Position numbers and translations under genes: made by a program. A stretch of 64,000 nt of DNA from positions 84,936-148,935 of the forward strand of contig CAWJSK010000003.1 in assembly GCA_963845535.1 (NCBI GenBank), in the 5' to 3' direction. This document shows positions 60,638 through 64,000 of this stretch, in pieces. The notes beneath the pieces were generated by a model. That model ran no database searches, was not told the DNA's origin, and saw nothing but the letters and a program-made list of their open reading frames with translations. Source of the DNA: an uncultured Spirochaetota bacterium. GTDB lineage: Bacteria > Spirochaetota > Spirochaetia > SZUA-6 > Fen-1364. Within the stretch, counting starts at the first letter, position 1; every line of letters starts with the position of its first letter.

Positions 60638-60647
60638 ATATCAACTT

Positions 60648-61901
60648 ATGGCAAAAAAGCAGGGCATCAACCTGGAGGACGTCCAGGATCTGAACAGGGC
60701 TTTGGTAATAAGGCTTCTTCGCAAGCTAAGGCTGTGTTCCCGTGCTGATCTTGCCAAACAATCCGGGCTCAAGCAGTCAACCATCACGAACATCATCAAC
60801 GACTTCATTGACTGGAATCTTGTAACCGAGCGCGGAATCATCGACGGCGAGAAAGGCCGCAGATCAATCGGCATCTCCCTGAACACGGACTTGTTCAAGG
60901 TGGTCGCCGTCCGTCTTGCCCGTAAATACTTCTCCGTCGGCATATTCGACCTTTGGGGATCAGGGGATATCGTCCTTCACGAATCACTCGAGGTCTTCGA
61001 GGGCTCGACAAAGGCTGTCACTCGAATTGTCGACGCCGTAACGGCACTGATCACGTCCCGCCCGGAGGATCGGATCCTTGGCATCGGCGTGGCAATCCCC
61101 GGCCCGTTTTTCCGCACAGAGGGAAAAATCGCCCTCATGACCGAGTTTCCCGGCTGGGAGCAAATTGCCCTGGAAGATGAGCTGCGGTCAGCCTTCAAAA
61201 TTCCGGTTTACCTGGAGCACGACGCGAATGCGGGCGCGCTCGCCGAATGGTGGCTGGGCCCACACAGCCGCGAAACGGGGACAATGGTGTACGTGGCGGC
61301 GGGATTGGGTATTGGCGCGGGCATCGTCATCGATGGAAGACTGTTCCGTGGCACCCTTGGCATAGCGGGAGAAATCGGGCACATGAGCATTGAGTTCGAC
61401 GGGCCGAAATGCGAATGCGGCAACAACGGCTGCCTGGAGCATTACTGCTCAGCAATTGCCCTGGAGCGCGAGGTGAAAAAGGCGCTCGTCGATTTCCCCG
61501 AGAGCCCGTTGCAGCATGACCATTCCTTCGCCGCAATCATGAAGGCGTTGAGGGCCGGTGACGAACTGGCGGTCCGCGAGCTGCACAGGGCCGCGTGGTA
61601 CCTCGGATTCGGGCTTGCCAGTGTTGTCAACCTGTTCAATCCGGATGTAATTACGATTGGGGATGACCTGGCCAAGGCCGGAGAGCCGCTCCTCAAGGCA
61701 GTCCAGGAAGCGGTGAGCAGCCACGTGTTGCCCAGCGTCTACCGTACGCTGCGCATCGAGCTCAGCTCATTCGAGACCGACCCGGTGCTCGTGGGCGTCG
61801 GTACCCTGGTACTGGAGAAGGTGCTTCAGAGCCCGTCGGCGCTGCAAGAGCTCGCTCAGGACGCGACTTTGCCGGCGGACACGGGATCGACGGGAGGCTG
61901 A
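60648..61901 (+). CDS. ROK-family transcriptional repressor (XylR/NagC-like)
   Basis: N-terminal HTH (SRADLAKQSGLKQSTIT), HDANA and GEIGH..CECGNNGCLE. Confidence 0.93.
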   Translation: MAKKQGINLEDVQDLNRALVIRLLRKLRLCSRADLAKQSGLKQSTITNIINDFIDWNLVTERGIIDGEKGRRSIGISLNTDLFKVVAVRLARKYFSVGIFDLWGSGDIVLHESLEVFEGSTKAVTRIVDAVTALITSRPEDRILGIGVAIPGPFFRTEGKIALMTEFPGWEQIALEDELRSAFKIPVYLEHDANAGALAEWWLGPHSRETGTMVYVAAGLGIGAGIVIDGRLFRGTLGIAGEIGHMSIEFDGPKCECGNNGCLEHYCSAIALEREVKKALVDFPESPLQHDHSFAAIMKALRAGDELAVRELHRAAWYLGFGLASVVNLFNPDVITIGDDLAKAGEPLLKAVQEAVSSHVLPSVYRTLRIELSSFETDPVLVGVGTLVLEKVLQSPSALQELAQDATLPADTGSTGG

Positions 61902-63497
61902 TGGAGATGCAGACCCTCCTCGGCATCGACCTTGGCACCTCCAGTGTAAAGGCGCTGCTTCTGAGAAAAGACGGCGCCGTTCTTGGAACCTGCAGCGGCG
62001 AGTACCCCATCCTCATCCCGTCCGTCGGCTATGCAGAGCAGGACACTTCATCCTGGTGGCTGGCCGTGACGGACGCAGTTCGCCGCCTGCTGGGAGAAAC
62101 AGGAATCCCGACCCGCGATATCGCCGCCGTTGGACTCTCCGGACAGATGCACGGCATGGTGCCCTTGGACGAGGCACGCAAGGTGGTGCGGCCTGCCATC
62201 ATCTGGGCGGACCAGCGTGCACATCGAGTACGTTGATTATGTCTACGGGGTCATTGGGAAGGAAGCGTTCGGACGGATTACCCTCAACCCGCTTTCCCCC
62301 GGCTTCCAGCTGGCGACCATTCTGTGGATGCGGGACCACGAACCGACCAACTATCGGCGACTTGCCAAGGTCATCCTGCCGAAGGACTTCATCCGCTATC
62401 GATTGACCGGTACCCTTGGCACGGAAATTACTGACGCCTCGTCGACCCTTCTCTTCGACACGACGGCCCGACGATGGTCGACAAAAATCATCGAGGCTCT
62501 CAGCCTCGACGAATCCCACTTTCCCGCCCTTTCCCTGCCGCTTGATGTGGTAGGCGGAGTTACTTCCGCCGCGGCGGAGGAGACGGGACTGGCGGCTGGC
62601 ACCCCGGTAATCGCGGGTGGATCAGACCAGCCAATGCAGGCCATCGGAAATGGCCTTACATCGCCCGGCAGTCTCTCCTTGACAACGGGCACGGGCGGGC
62701 AGTTGTTTTCCGTAGTGGAAAGGCCGGTATTCAACCCGGACCTGAACACGCATACGTTCTGCAACGTTCTTCCCGGAACCTGGTATGTGATGGCCGCCAC
62801 TCTTAGTGCGGGGCTCTCTCTCTCGTGGTTCTCGGAGAACGTTGCTCTCGGGGAAAGCTTCGACACTCTCTCTGCAGAGGCAGCCGAGATTCCGCCCGGG
62901 AGCGAGGGGGCCTTCTTCCTACCCTACCTGGCGGGCGAACGGACGCCGCATCTGGATCCGGATGCGCGGGCCATGTTTTTCGGGCTGACCCTGAAGCACA
63001 CCCGCGGGCATATGACGCGCGCCATCATGGAAGGTGTCTCGTATTCTTATAGGGATTGCCTTGACGTCCTGGAAAACCTTGGCATTCGATCGCAAAAAAT
63101 CATTGCTTCAGGCGGCGGCGCCCGAAGCCCGCTGTGGCTCCAGATCCAGGCCGATGTTCTTGCGCGCGAAATCCATGCAACCGGAGTGACAGAACAGGCA
63201 AGCCTTGGGGCGGCCCTCGCGGCTGGCGTTGGCGTAGGCGTGTTCAAGGACATCCCGACGGCATGCGCCGAGGTGCTGCCAAGAGAGGAGCGTGTCATTC
63301 ATCCCGACCCTGCTCGCAGCAGGTTCTACGAAAAGTGCTACCCGATCTATCGCGATCTTTATCAAAGCGTCCGTTCGTTCGGGGGACGCATTGCCCAGCT
63401 CGATCCGCGCAGCGACAGAGCGCGGAAAGGGCTGAAGAAGAACACCGCGAATAAAGGAATGCAGACCAATCGCGGTGCGACTGAAGAGAGGAGGTGA
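61901..63497 (+). CDS. xylB: Xylulokinase (FGGY family); one-base frameshift near 62222
   Basis: GIDLGTSSVK, SGQMHG and IIWADQR in ORF 61901. PKDFIR, PYLAGERTP and GGGARS in ORF 62130. Confidence 0.85.
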
Positions 63498-63572
63498 TGC
63501 GGCTCAGTATCTTCGGTTTTGTGTCTCCGACCGTGCTCGAAGGACAATCATTGCAGGAACGAGGAGGTTCGT

Positions 63573-64000
63573 ATGAGAAGGATTGCAGCACTTGCCTTTT
63601 GCGCTGTCCTGATATTCGGGACTGCGCTGTGGGGGCAGCAGCTCAAAAAGGTAACGATTGGCGTCGACATCCATGGGCTTGCCAATGCGTATTGGAACCA
63701 GGAGCTTGAAGGCGTCAAGCTTTTTGCCGCGTCGCTCCCACCGGGAACAGCCACCGTCCAAGCCCTCATCTCCAACGGGGATCCCAACACGGAGCTTCAG
63801 AACATAAAGAACCTGGTCGCAGCAAAAGGAACGGACGTAATTTTCTATATCGACCCGGCCGGTGAAGCAAACATACCGCCGATTGCTGCTTTTCTCGAAA
63901 AGGCCCATGTGTATTTCTCGACCACCTGGCACATTCCTGTCGGATTTGATCCGACCCAATACAAGTACTACGCGGCCTTCTCAAGTGTGAACGGCGTGCA
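63573..64000 (+). CDS. Sugar ABC transporter substrate-binding protein (RbsB-like, partial)
   Basis: Not in the ORF track. SD GAGGAGG, then MRRIAALAFCAVLIFG...LANAYWNQELEG..., open to the window end. Confidence 0.8.
   Translation, partial: MRRIAALAFCAVLIFGTALWGQQLKKVTIGVDIHGLANAYWNQELEGVKLFAASLPPGTATVQALISNGDPNTELQNIKNLVAAKGTDVIFYIDPAGEANIPPIAAFLEKAHVYFSTTWHIPVGFDPTQYKYYAAFSSVNGV

Noticed and set aside
63494..63709. 71-aa ORF after xylB
   Set aside because: It overlaps the ABC substrate-binding gene out of frame, has poor SD spacing and contains no motif.
1..64000. tRNA, rRNA, IS, integrase, phage or defence genes
   Set aside because: None was recognisable by eye. Nearly all sequence is accounted for by the CDSs listed, though covariance-model searches were not possible.

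Overview
This is a high-GC, gene-dense bacterial window, almost certainly from a member of Spirochaetia. The evidence is the ~900-aa GreA, a BamA with GRGW instead of VRGF, the bamA-skp-(ruvX)-mutS order, the rimP-nusA-infB-rbfA-truB-ribF-rpsO-pnp-dut-lptFG order, and a TP0733-like barrel. Most of it is housekeeping: recA, mutS, mutY, scpAB, cmk, rpsA, tgt, murJ, prs and rpe. Both ends carry clusters of Ser/Thr-rich envelope lipoproteins and outer-membrane barrels, and the window closes with the start of a ROK/xylulokinase/sugar-ABC operon. I saw no rRNA, tRNA, CRISPR array, transposase or phage gene. The best candidate for an undescribed system is a possible sigma-54 envelope circuit. A near-consensus -24/-12 promoter with an upstream palindrome heads a lipoprotein/OM-barrel/beta-propeller/bamA/skp run. 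A paralog of that run's first lipoprotein sits next to a CHASE2 adenylate cyclase and a GAF-AAA+-Fis sigma-54 activator about 50 kb away. The link between the two loci is inference. Other observations are four genes each broken by one extra base (probably assembly error), a rimP-leader attenuator, a structured leader before the greA operon, REP-like hairpins, probable leaderless mRNAs and candidate non-canonical start codons.
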